Assembly (NCBI GenBank): GCA_002840165.1
Contig: PGZN01000005.1
Coordinates: forward strand, 7,478-71,477
Length of the DNA stretch: 64,000 nt
Direction: 5' to 3'
DNA from: Firmicutes bacterium HGW-Firmicutes-8
Lineage (GTDB): Bacteria > Bacillota > Thermincolia > Thermincolales > UBA2595
Shown here in pieces: positions 18,690 to 27,920 of the stretch (its first letter is position 1; every line of letters begins with the position of its first letter). The position numbers were made by a program, and so were the translations under genes. The notes beneath the pieces were generated by a model. The model worked only from the letters and a program-made list of their open reading frames with translations, made no database searches and was not told the origin of the DNA.

Positions 18690-20639
18690 ATGAATTCCTA
18701 TGGATTTATAAGAGCTGCGGCGGCATCTCCAAAATTAAAGGTGGCAGACCCGGAGTATAATATTAAGGAAATTACGAAACTGATCAGGGCATCTAGCTCA
18801 GAGGAAGCCGCTGTGATAGTGTTTCCGGAACTCTGCATGACAGGATATACATGTGGGGATTTATTTGGACAAAAACTACTTCTTGATAAATCTCTCGATT
18901 GTTTGGCTGCGCTGTTGAAAAATACCGCCGATACCTCTGTTATGGCCCTAATCGGGATGCCGCTTTTAGTCGAACAAAAACTGTATAACTGTGCCGTAGT
19001 AATTCAACACGGTGAAGTCCTCGGAGTCGTTCCTAAAATATACCCCGCTAATTACAAAGAGTTCTACGAAAATAGGTGGTTTTCATCCGGACAGGCAATT
19101 AGTAAAAAGGCAGTTGAGATAAGCCTGCTCGGTCACTCAGCGCCTTTTGGCAGCCTTATTTTCAAATGCGCGGAACAATATGCCCTGGGGGTCGAAATAT
19201 GTGAGGACCTTTGGACAGTTATCCCGCCCAGTTCCTATATGGTATTGAACGGCGCCAACATTATTGCCAACCTGTCAGCCAGTAACGAATTAGTAAGCAA
19301 GTCTGACTACAGGCGGCAGCTTGTTGTTCAACAGAGCGCCAGGTGTCTGAGTGGGTACATCTATGCATCCTCAGGCGTACATGAATCAACAACCGATATC
19401 GTTTTTGGGGGGGACTGTATAATCGCTGAGAATGGGAATCTTTTAAAGGTTTCCGAGAGGTTTAACAGAGAGAATTCAATAATATATTCCGAAATTGATA
19501 TTGAACGCCTCATATCAGAACGGCAAGTAAATAGAACCTATGCCGATAATTGTGTATTTGACGGAGACTGCCGCCAATACAGAACAGTAAATGTTTTATC
19601 CCAAAAACCTATAAAAATCAAAAAAGGCAGTTTTTACAGAACTATCCATCCACATCCATTTGTCCCTGAAAACCCTCTTACAAGGGACGAACGGTGTGCG
19701 GAGATATTTAACATTCAGGTGGCCGGGCTAGCCAAAAGAATAGAACACACCGGCCTCAAATATGCGGTAATCGGCGTTTCCGGCGGGCTTGATTCCACAT
19801 TGGCATTACTGGCTTCAGCCAAAACATTCAAGATTCTGAACATCCCTTTAAAAAATATTTTAGCTGTTACTATGCCGGGGTTTGGGACCACAGATACGAC
19901 ATATGCCAATGCAGTACGGCTGATGAAATCATTAAAGGTTAAAATCAATGAAATAAATATAGAACCGGCCTGTCTGCAGCATTTTAGTGATATAGGACAG
20001 GATGCCAAAAAACACGATACCACCTTCGAAAACGTTCAGGCCAGGGAGCGTACTCAAATTCTCATGGATATGGCTAATAAGGTTAACGGTTTGGTTGTCG
20101 GCACGGGTGACTTATCTGAACTTGCCCTGGGATGGGCTACTTATAATGGTGACCATATGTCTATGTATGGCGTCAACTGCGGGATTCCCAAGACCCTGGT
20201 CAAATTTTTAGTAAAATGGGTTGCCGACAATGTAGTAGGTGATAATATAAGGGTTGTCCTTGATGAAATATTAAATACACCTATCAGCCCTGAACTTCTG
20301 CCGCCTGATTCCAGCGGTAAAATACAGCAAAAAACAGAAGAAGTTGTCGGCCCTTACGAACTTCATGACTTTTTTTTGTATTATGCGATCAGGCACGGGA
20401 TGGCGCCGCAAAAGATTTTGGTCCTGGCAGAACTGGCTTTTGATGGCAGGTATTCCGGTCGGGAAATAAAAAAGTGGTTAAAGGTCTTTTACGAAAGGTT
20501 TTTTAGCCAGCAGTATAAACGTTCCTGCCTGCCTGACGGGCCTAAAGTCGGAACTGTCAGTTTGTCTCCAAGAGGGGATTGGCGGATGCCAAGTGATGCC
20601 GAGGCGTCCCTGTGGTTGAAGCAGTTAGCTCAGAAATAA
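18690..20639 (+). CDS. nadE: Glutamine-dependent NAD+ synthetase (CN-hydrolase + NAD synthase domains)
   Basis: N-terminal nitrilase-like domain, SGGLDS P-loop, 649 aa. Confidence 0.85.
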   Translation: MNSYGFIRAAAASPKLKVADPEYNIKEITKLIRASSSEEAAVIVFPELCMTGYTCGDLFGQKLLLDKSLDCLAALLKNTADTSVMALIGMPLLVEQKLYNCAVVIQHGEVLGVVPKIYPANYKEFYENRWFSSGQAISKKAVEISLLGHSAPFGSLIFKCAEQYALGVEICEDLWTVIPPSSYMVLNGANIIANLSASNELVSKSDYRRQLVVQQSARCLSGYIYASSGVHESTTDIVFGGDCIIAENGNLLKVSERFNRENSIIYSEIDIERLISERQVNRTYADNCVFDGDCRQYRTVNVLSQKPIKIKKGSFYRTIHPHPFVPENPLTRDERCAEIFNIQVAGLAKRIEHTGLKYAVIGVSGGLDSTLALLASAKTFKILNIPLKNILAVTMPGFGTTDTTYANAVRLMKSLKVKINEINIEPACLQHFSDIGQDAKKHDTTFENVQARERTQILMDMANKVNGLVVGTGDLSELALGWATYNGDHMSMYGVNCGIPKTLVKFLVKWVADNVVGDNIRVVLDEILNTPISPELLPPDSSGKIQQKTEEVVGPYELHDFFLYYAIRHGMAPQKILVLAELAFDGRYSGREIKKWLKVFYERFFSQQYKRSCLPDGPKVGTVSLSPRGDWRMPSDAEASLWLKQLAQK

Positions 20640-20657
20640 GGTCAATGGGGGCTGTCC

Positions 20658-22445
20658 CTACTTTTGGGAAAGCCCCTTCATACTGTTTGCTGACCCCTGT
20701 AAGTCATAGAGGGGAATCTCCGTATAGACGGTGTGCAGCAGCTGCCGGGAACGTTCACCCAAAGGCTGGCCCAGGAATTCATCGTACAGTTTTTTTATGT
20801 ATGGGTTTTCGTGGGCTTTTCGTATTTCTTTAAGCTTATCCTCTCTAAAAAGGGCTTCGGCGCGTTTATATCTCTGTTCCATCTGCCCGTCCCAAGTGTC
20901 CAGACCCGGGTAAACAGGCTGTCCGCCGCCGCCGACACATCCACCCGGACAGGCCATGATCTCAATAAAATCAAACTGAAGTTCCCCGGACTTTACTTTA
21001 TCAATCAAGCGGCGCGCTTCTCCGGTTGTCCGCGCAACGGCGCAGCGGATTTTGCGGTCACCAAGATCGATCTCTGCTTCCTGTACTTTTTCAAATGACA
21101 TTAATTCCCGCAGTGGAACAGATTCCAGCGGTTGACCGGTCATTTTCTCGTAAACGGTACGCATTGTCGCTTCCAGGACACCGCCCCCTGAACCGAAGAT
21201 GATTCCTGCCCCGGATGCGTATCCCATGGGGTTATCGAACGCCTCTTCAGGCATTTCGGCCAGGTTAATCCCGGCAGTCCTGATCATTTGAGCCAGTTCG
21301 CGGGTCGTTAAAACGACATCAACATCCCACCCGCCGCTGGCCTTTGTCCCTTCCTCCCTGACGGCCTCCCATTTTTTGGCGACACAAGGCATGACTGAGA
21401 CACTGAAAATGGTTTTAGGGTCAAGTCCCGCCTTTTGGGCGTAGTAAGTCTTAACAAGGGCGCCAAAAACCTGCTGTGGTGATTTTACACTGGACAGGTG
21501 GGGAATAAGTTCCGGATAAAAAAGCAGGCACAGCCTTAACCAACCTGGACAGCATGATGTGAATTGGGGCAGGGGACCGCTGTTTTTCAGCCGGTGCATT
21601 AATTCGTGGCCTTCTTCCATCACGACAATATCGGCTCCGAAACAATCATCAAATACCTTATCAAATCCCAGGCGGCGGACAGCCGCCACCATTTTTCCCG
21701 TGACCAGGGAACCTACCGGCATCCCAAAAAGCTCACCGATTGTAGCCCTAATTGACGGAGCGGTTTGAATAATGACGTGTTTTTGAGGATCATTTAAGGC
21801 TTCCCAGACCTTTTCCTGGTCTTCCCGTTCATGGATTGCTGCGGTCGGACACAATAACAGGCATTGGCCGCAATAGATGCAGGGCGTTTCTGCCAGGCTT
21901 TTTTTAAAAGCGGGAGAGGCTACAGCATCAAAACCTCTCTCCACTATCTGATAAATACCGATTTCCTGGATATCCTTACATACCCTTACACACCTCCGGC
22001 AGACCACACATTTGCTTGGTTCTCTAACCATCGCGGGGGACTGGTCATCTTTAGGAGGTGTTATTCTGTCACCCTGCGCCACCAGGTTTGTAATGTGATA
22101 TCTCTCGGCAAGTGATTGCAGTTCACAGACCTGATTCCGGACACAGGTCAGGCAATCAAAGGGATGGTTAGACAGGTATAGTTCCAGGACCATTTTTCGG
22201 GCCTTGATTACCCGTGGAGAATGGGTGTGGATGATCATACCCTGGGCGGCCGGAATTGCACACGATGGCTGGAGGGCTTTGGCGCCTTCCAGTTCCACGA
22301 GGCAGATCCGGCATGCTCCAATAACATTAAGTTCTTTTAAATAACACATAGTGGGTATGTAAATACCAATACTCTTGGCAGCTTCCAGTATCGTGGCGCC
22401 TGGTTCCACTTCGAGCTTAGTCCCGTCTATCATCAGAGAAATCAA
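20658..22445 (-). CDS. hydA: [FeFe]-hydrogenase, monomeric CpI-like (2Fe-2S + 4Fe-4S domains + H-cluster domain)
   Basis: H-cluster motifs TSCCPGW, MPCVAKK and ACPGGCVGGGGQP, an N-terminal 2Fe-2S fold and ferredoxin-like Cys clusters. TTG start. Confidence 0.9.
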   Translation of the reverse strand: MISLMIDGTKLEVEPGATILEAAKSIGIYIPTMCYLKELNVIGACRICLVELEGAKALQPSCAIPAAQGMIIHTHSPRVIKARKMVLELYLSNHPFDCLTCVRNQVCELQSLAERYHITNLVAQGDRITPPKDDQSPAMVREPSKCVVCRRCVRVCKDIQEIGIYQIVERGFDAVASPAFKKSLAETPCIYCGQCLLLCPTAAIHEREDQEKVWEALNDPQKHVIIQTAPSIRATIGELFGMPVGSLVTGKMVAAVRRLGFDKVFDDCFGADIVVMEEGHELMHRLKNSGPLPQFTSCCPGWLRLCLLFYPELIPHLSSVKSPQQVFGALVKTYYAQKAGLDPKTIFSVSVMPCVAKKWEAVREEGTKASGGWDVDVVLTTRELAQMIRTAGINLAEMPEEAFDNPMGYASGAGIIFGSGGGVLEATMRTVYEKMTGQPLESVPLRELMSFEKVQEAEIDLGDRKIRCAVARTTGEARRLIDKVKSGELQFDFIEIMACPGGCVGGGGQPVYPGLDTWDGQMEQRYKRAEALFREDKLKEIRKAHENPYIKKLYDEFLGQPLGERSRQLLHTVYTEIPLYDLQGSANSMKGLSQK

Positions 22446-22639
22446 TCAGCCTTTCACCCTTTCGGTCTAATAGACTTTATTCAGCAAAAAAAAATTTAAA
22501 AAATACGATGTTAGTATGCCCCAGACGCCAGAATCTAATTTGTGATAGAACAAAAAATAAGTTGTTAATTGCCCCAACAATTACACAGTATACATATGCA
22601 TCTTGAGACAATAATACTAAATGAGGAGGAGGTGATTTA

Positions 22640-22855
22640 ATGGGTACTGGTCAAAAACGTAATCAATTGGTAGTTCCTCAAGCTCAGAACGCTATGTGGC
22701 AATTTAAGAACGAAATGGCTTCTGAAGTTGGTATCACCGGTCAGATTCAAGGTGGATACTGGGGAAACATTGCTTCCCGTGACTGTGGCGCAGTTGGAGG
22801 TCACATGGTCAAGAGGATGATTGAAGCTTATGAGCAATCACTGGCAGGTAAGTAA
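22640..22855 (+). CDS. Alpha/beta-type small acid-soluble spore protein
   Basis: MGTGQKRNQLVVPQAQNAMWQFKNEMASEVGI..AVGGHMVKRMIE; strong RBS GAGGAGGAGG. Confidence 0.9.
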   Translation: MGTGQKRNQLVVPQAQNAMWQFKNEMASEVGITGQIQGGYWGNIASRDCGAVGGHMVKRMIEAYEQSLAGK

Positions 22856-22913
22856 TTTCCTAATAGTGAGATTCAGATACCAAAATCAGGTTTAAGTGAG
22901 GGGGGAAAAATTA

Positions 22914-23135
22914 ATGGGTACTGGACAAAAACGTAATCAACTGGTTGTACCACAGGCAGCTAATGCTATGTACAACTTCAAGTATGAAATGGCTAATGAA
23001 GTAGGTGTCACCAATCAGATTCAGGGTGGCTACTGGGGCCATATTCCGTCCAGGGACTGCGGAGCGGTAGGAGGTCATATGGTCAAAAGAATGATCGAGG
23101 CCTACGAGCAATCCCTCGCCGGAAAACAATTTTAG
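22914..23135 (+). CDS. Alpha/beta-type small acid-soluble spore protein (second copy)
   Basis: Close paralog of 22640..22855. RBS GAGGGGGG before ATG 22914; the track ORF starts 18 nt earlier. Confidence 0.9.
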   Translation: MGTGQKRNQLVVPQAANAMYNFKYEMANEVGVTNQIQGGYWGHIPSRDCGAVGGHMVKRMIEAYEQSLAGKQF

Positions 23136-23202
23136 CTTACAGGTAAGCGGGCACTGCCCGCTTACTTCACTTATTCTACATAACATAGATAATACAGCGC
23201 TT

Positions 23203-24189
23203 TTAATGCAGGTACATATGAAACTCTTCAGGGTCGACTGAAGGATGCAGGGCAATGGAAACCCCGCCGGATACTATTTTGCTGATGGCCTCGATCAAAT
23301 CATCAATTTCTTTTGGTGTAACCATCAGGTTATTACTATAAGGCCCAAGCACACTTTTAACAACCTGTTCCAACGTAATCGGATTTATATTTTTGACAGC
23401 CTGGCTCGCTACGGGATTTTGAGCCAACTGCTGTAAAAATTGGTCGAGGGCGCCCTGGGCTATTACTGCCGCATTTACAACAGTAGGTACTCCTATGGCA
23501 ATAACAGGAACCCCCATGCTCTCCAGATTAATCCCCATCCTCTGGTTGCCAATACCGGAACCGGGTGCGATACCGGTATCAGCCAGTTGAATCGAGGTCG
23601 CAATCCGGTCGGTACTTTGGGATGCCAGGGCATCAATCGCAATAATAAGTTTAGGCTGGGTTTTTTCCACAACCCCTTTTATTATTTCGGCGGTTTCAAT
23701 TCCGGTTATCCCAAGGACCCCGGGGGCTAAGGCGCTGACACATCTAAGCCCTCCGCTTAAATCCTGGGGAGCGTATTTTTTAAGGTGTCTCGTTACGAGA
23801 GTGTAATTAACGACCCGGGGGCCGAGAGCATCAGGGGTGGAATTCCAGTTACCCAAACCGACTATCAGGACACTGTCGTCAGGGCCCAGTTTAAGCAGGG
23901 CGCTCAACTGTTGGGCCAGTATTTCCGCTATCTCATTATGTATCTGTTTGTTGTTCTGCCTAATCTCAGGGGCATCAATTGTGATATACGTGCCGACCGG
24001 TTTTCCCATCACCTGTACGGCGGATTGTTCCAACACTTTGATAATAGTAACCTGGGCATGCTTAAACGATTGTTTATCCATCTGCACTCCCGGTATTTCC
24101 CGACCGGTTTCACCCCTCACAATATCATGAGCTTCCAGGGCCATGTCGATGTTTATCCCCATATTTCTGTACAATTCACTTCTTCCCAC
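23203..24189 (-). CDS. gpr: GPR endopeptidase (spore germination protease)
   Basis: 328 aa with GLGNWNSTPDALGPRV and IAIDALAS blocks typical of GPR. GTG start with RBS AGGTGGTG. Confidence 0.85.
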   Translation of the reverse strand: MGRSELYRNMGINIDMALEAHDIVRGETGREIPGVQMDKQSFKHAQVTIIKVLEQSAVQVMGKPVGTYITIDAPEIRQNNKQIHNEIAEILAQQLSALLKLGPDDSVLIVGLGNWNSTPDALGPRVVNYTLVTRHLKKYAPQDLSGGLRCVSALAPGVLGITGIETAEIIKGVVEKTQPKLIIAIDALASQSTDRIATSIQLADTGIAPGSGIGNQRMGINLESMGVPVIAIGVPTVVNAAVIAQGALDQFLQQLAQNPVASQAVKNINPITLEQVVKSVLGPYSNNLMVTPKEIDDLIEAISKIVSGGVSIALHPSVDPEEFHMYLH

Positions 24190-24268
24190 TACCGCACCAC
24201 CTGTCTATTGTCATAATCTTTTCATACATTACTTAGAATTATCATTTGATGAAAAAATTATTCACTAA

Positions 24269-24300
24269 GTTGACAGTTGACAGATGACAGTTGACAGTGA
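24269..24300. repeat. Heptamer array GTTGACA x4 (one GATGACA variant)
   Basis: Direct reading. It lies at the left boundary of the AT-rich islet. Confidence 0.85.
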
Positions 24301-24522
24301 TAAAAAGGATAATCCGGATACCTAGTACTATACACACGGATTATGCGGATATAGAGGCTGGGAATATTGGTCGGATAATAATTTATATAAAACAACAACA
24401 GGCATAGATCATCCAGATAAAATCAGCCAATACCAAACAAGAGTTCTATTGTTTAATTATACCGAATATGATATATTTATATTACATACTAGATATAAAA
24501 TAATTATTTTTAGGGAATACTT

Positions 24523-24927
24523 ATGATTGATGATGAATTCAAATATGGTATCGAATTTTATAAAGAAGGTAAGTCAACAAAGCGCACTGCTTGGTATTTT
24601 CTAAATCAATTAGGTAATAAAAACGACCAAGTAAGTTTCTCTCTTTTTAATGCAATTTATCATCAAATTGGTTTACTTAGGCAATTAGGTCCACTTCTAC
24701 CTATGCCTCATTCTCGAAAATTTAAGGGTAGAAAACAAAAAATACGTGAACTTAGACTCAAACATGTTACAGGATATCATAGAATATTTTACTGCCCTTG
24801 GGTTTCCAAAACATTTGTTCTACTTAATCATTTTGTAAAAGATACTGATGATACCCCACCAGAAGATATTTCTTTAGCTGAATCTCTTATGGATGATTGG
24901 CTAAGAAAAAAAGGAGGTAAAAAATAA
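24523..24927 (+). CDS. RelE/HigB-superfamily toxin, phage Gp49-like (DUF891-type)
   Basis: ..IRELRLKHVTGYHRIFYCPWVSKTFVLLNHFVKDTDDTPPEDISLAESLMDDW matches the Gp49/HigB pattern (ELR..YRIFY..vLLh.F.KKt.KTP..EI..A). The stop overlaps the next ATG (TAATG). Confidence 0.65.
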   Translation: MIDDEFKYGIEFYKEGKSTKRTAWYFLNQLGNKNDQVSFSLFNAIYHQIGLLRQLGPLLPMPHSRKFKGRKQKIRELRLKHVTGYHRIFYCPWVSKTFVLLNHFVKDTDDTPPEDISLAESLMDDWLRKKGGKK

Positions 24928-25487
24928 TGCCATCTTGGGAAGACCTTGAAAAATTAGCTAGAAAAGTTAATAACGATGAAAACTACGAAAAACTAAATAT
25001 TGGAATCGATTTTGCCTCAAAACTAATTAAAGCTAGACAAAAACATAATCTAACTCAATCTGAATTAGCTGAACTTGCTGGTTTAACACAATCGGCTATT
25101 GCAAGAATTGAAAATCACGGTAGCTTTCCTAGGTTAGACACTATTTATAAAATTGCTAATGCAATTGATTCTAATTTGGATTTTTATCCTAATAACAACG
25201 ATTTGACAGAACAATCTTCTAATGTTGATAAACTGAATGAAAAATTAACCAATTTAGAAAAACTAGTAAAAGACCTATTAATTGAAGTTCAATCTCTAAG
25301 AAAGCAAAATAAGCGTCCTTTTATTATTTTGCCAACTGGAATGTCATTCTCTGCAATAGAAACCTATAAATCTAGAATTTCTACATCTACTGGCACTGTT
25401 ATTGACGTATTACCCATCTATGCTACTCTAAAGGGAGGCGATACCTATGCTCGCAAAAACCAACAAAGATATCAATTTGTTAATTAA
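24927..25487 (+). CDS. XRE-family HTH protein with ~100-aa C-terminal extension (putative antitoxin/regulator)
   Basis: HTH LTQSELAELAGLTQSAIARIENHGSFPRLDTIYKIANAI followed by a coiled-coil-like segment (NVDKLNEKLTNLEKLVKDLLIEVQSLRKQN). Translationally coupled to the toxin gene. Confidence 0.7.
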   Translation: MPSWEDLEKLARKVNNDENYEKLNIGIDFASKLIKARQKHNLTQSELAELAGLTQSAIARIENHGSFPRLDTIYKIANAIDSNLDFYPNNNDLTEQSSNVDKLNEKLTNLEKLVKDLLIEVQSLRKQNKRPFIILPTGMSFSAIETYKSRISTSTGTVIDVLPIYATLKGGDTYARKNQQRYQFVN

Positions 25488-26139
25488 CTGGTTTAATTCT
25501 TTAGAACCTAATGATCAAGTAAATATTTTAGATTATATTCATGACAAAACAGACAAATTATTACTATCAGACGAATACCTCGATGAATTAAGTAAATTAA
25601 TTGACACTATAGAATTAATAATTATCAAAAATGGAGACGAAGAAGAAAAAATAGTAAATTTATTAATTGATTCCGGACTTGATAAAATTTTTGCTAAAGG
25701 TTTTTATAATTTTTGTGTAGAAACTGCCGCACCATATTTAGATGCAAAAGTTATATCAAAAATGCTTAAAACTAATTTAGAAAAGCTTTGCTCATTTGTA
25801 TTAAATAAAATCATTCTATTTAGAGAGTATGAGGAAACTGTATTCATAGATTTCATGAAACTAGTAGGTTTTCAAAACGATGAAAAATCCGCCAGGCGTT
25901 CTTTAAGAATTATTCGCATTCTTTATTCTGAAGTAAGTAATAGAAAGTACAGTCCTGAAACTTTAAAAATCAAACTAGAACATAAATATAAAATAAAAAA
26001 AGACAGAATTGATATTATAGTAAATCCTTTAATTGAAAACATACCTGAAATATATCATGCTAATTTACTTAATCAAGTAAATAAACTGTTATCCGACATT
26101 TCTTCTTTTTCCGCTGGATTAAACGAACCGTTAGAATAA
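25447..26139 (+). CDS. Hypothetical 230-aa protein, no recognisable domain
   Basis: Strong RBS AAGGGAGG 8 nt before the ATG. It overlaps the upstream gene by 41 nt, has the same AT-rich composition, and looks helical and Lys/Glu/Ile-rich. Confidence 0.55.
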   Translation: MLAKTNKDINLLINWFNSLEPNDQVNILDYIHDKTDKLLLSDEYLDELSKLIDTIELIIIKNGDEEEKIVNLLIDSGLDKIFAKGFYNFCVETAAPYLDAKVISKMLKTNLEKLCSFVLNKIILFREYEETVFIDFMKLVGFQNDEKSARRSLRIIRILYSEVSNRKYSPETLKIKLEHKYKIKKDRIDIIVNPLIENIPEIYHANLLNQVNKLLSDISSFSAGLNEPLE

Positions 26140-26385
26140 TATTTCATTTTTCAACATACCTTACATATAAATTTTTCTTACCGGATATTGACCATATTTC
26201 GATGTGTAACTTTCTACTTTTATACAAGTGCCGCTTGAGACAGAGAACTCAGCAGTTTATGCTGAGTTCTTCTTCGAGCTTTCGGACATAACAAAACCCC
26301 TTTTCGTCAAAAAGTCGATTGGGGGTATTTCAAATATAAACCAGACCAAATCGCGCCATCCAGTGAATCATCCATTATTATTTTT

Positions 26386-26428
26386 ATCCGCGTCGTTCCA
26401 ATCCGCGTAATCCGCGTTCATCCGCGGC
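26386..26428. repeat. GCGGAT-cluster repeat (inverted orientation copy)
   Basis: TATCCGCG..AATCCGCG..AATCCGCG..CATCCGCGGC. Its reverse complement aligns with 58016-58058 and 60344-60387. Confidence 0.8.
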
Positions 26429-26576
26429 TAATTTAATTTTGAGTTTTTCCGTACCCGGCTAGTAAGAAAAAAGTGGGGGTTGTCGCTTACCCTCTGTGTC
26501 ATCTATTTTCACTGAATCCTCGAAAACCTCTGTGTCCTGTGCCTTCTTTTCACACTGTCATCTGCCAACTGATTTA

Positions 26577-27893
26577 TCAGATTGCTGCAAACACAAACCC
26601 CTGCTCTTCGACCTCTGTCCTGGAATACAGGTTCTTCGTATCTACAATAACAGGTTGGCCTGCTTTGCTCATCAGATTACGGAACAGCTTAAAGTTGGTA
26701 TAACCGATACCGTTCTGTTTGGCGAGGACAAGGACGGCGTGGGCATCACTGACGGCATCTTCGAGGGAGTCAACTTTATAAGTGTATTTAGAAGGGACAG
26801 CCGGGTCGAATGCTGCGACCTTCATGCCTGACATTTCGAGAAGTTTAATTATTTCCAGGGCTGGGCTTAACCTGTCATCACTGGAATAATCCTTCATGGC
26901 AATCCCGAGGACAGCCACTTTGGCTTTTTTGGCGGGAACCGGCAGATTTTTGGAGACCAGGCTGACAACAAAGGCCGGAATATCTTCATTGATTCTTCTG
27001 GCTGTCCGGAGAAGCTTAAGGGGAACTCCGAGGTCATCCGCTTTGGGAGTAAGATAATGGAGAGCATTGGGGATACAGTAACCACCGACCCCTGGACCGG
27101 GTGTCAGGAGTTTGACGCGTTTATGTGTGTTGGCAAGCTTAATTACTTCAAATATGTCAATTCCCAATCCCTCACAGAACCTGGCAAACTCATTAACCAT
27201 GGCGATATTGACATCACGGGAAATGTTTTCCATAACCTTAGCGGATTCAACAACTTCCATAGAACTGGCCATGTGCAGTTCTTTTGTCACAACACCCATC
27301 AGCTGGGCGGCTTTTTCCCTGCTGGAGTCATTGATTCCGCTTATCAGGGCCGGCATATTCTCGAATTCATCAAAGGCCTTACCCTCAGCGATTCGCTCTG
27401 AAGAGTAAGCCAGGTAAAAATCATCGCCGGCCCTTAGACCGGACTCCTCTAAAATCGGTTTTACATAACTGCGGGTCATGCCAGGAACCATCGTGCTGCG
27501 CACGAGGACAAGGTCGCTTTTTTTAATTCCGGAGGCAATTGTCCTGGCGCATGAATCGATATGGCTGAAGTCATGTCGCCCGTCTATAACCGGAATGCCC
27601 ACTGTCATAATAAAGTTATTACATTGGTCCAGGGCTTCCTGCGGATTGGCGGTAGCTTTAAATCTACCGTTATCGAGCTGTTCAGCCAATACTTCCTGGA
27701 TTGGCGTTTCACGGTATTTTTCCAGGTGGTGAGTTATTCCACGATTGAGTTGGTCTATCAGGTTCCGGTCGACATCAACACCGACCACGGTGCAGCCGCG
27801 GAGGGCATAGCTTAGGGCCAAAGGCAGCCCGACAAAACCAAGGCCAAAAATAGCAATTTTGACTTCTGCTGGATTGAGCTGTTTTGCAGTCAA
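26577..27893 (-). CDS. Nucleotide-sugar dehydrogenase (UDP-glucose/GDP-mannose dehydrogenase family, WecC/Cap5O-like)
   Basis: NAD-binding IAIFGLGFVGLPLA, catalytic-Cys context GVGGYCIPNA, 438 aa. TTG start with RBS AGGGGGA. Confidence 0.85.
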   Translation of the reverse strand: MTAKQLNPAEVKIAIFGLGFVGLPLALSYALRGCTVVGVDVDRNLIDQLNRGITHHLEKYRETPIQEVLAEQLDNGRFKATANPQEALDQCNNFIMTVGIPVIDGRHDFSHIDSCARTIASGIKKSDLVLVRSTMVPGMTRSYVKPILEESGLRAGDDFYLAYSSERIAEGKAFDEFENMPALISGINDSSREKAAQLMGVVTKELHMASSMEVVESAKVMENISRDVNIAMVNEFARFCEGLGIDIFEVIKLANTHKRVKLLTPGPGVGGYCIPNALHYLTPKADDLGVPLKLLRTARRINEDIPAFVVSLVSKNLPVPAKKAKVAVLGIAMKDYSSDDRLSPALEIIKLLEMSGMKVAAFDPAVPSKYTYKVDSLEDAVSDAHAVLVLAKQNGIGYTNFKLFRNLMSKAGQPVIVDTKNLYSRTEVEEQGFVFAAI

Positions 27894-27920
27894 CGAGTAT
27901 TCCCCCTAAAATTTATTTCA

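Noticed and set aside
22560-22639. Forespore sigma-G/sigma-F type promoter upstream of the first SASP gene.
   Set aside because: GTATA-N18-ATAATA is only an approximate match, with ambiguous spacing. It is plausible biologically but not supportable from sequence alone.
24301-26430. Prophage remnant or integrative element with integrase at the AT-rich islets.
   Set aside because: No integrase, transposase, recombinase or phage structural gene is present in or next to either islet within this window. The tRNA-Pro at 663-739 is not adjacent to any islet.
26228-26831. Track ORFs 26228..26410, 26473..26703 and 26496..26831.
   Set aside because: They run through the GCGGAT and CTCTGTG repeat elements or lie antisense to the nucleotide-sugar dehydrogenase. 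None has an RBS.
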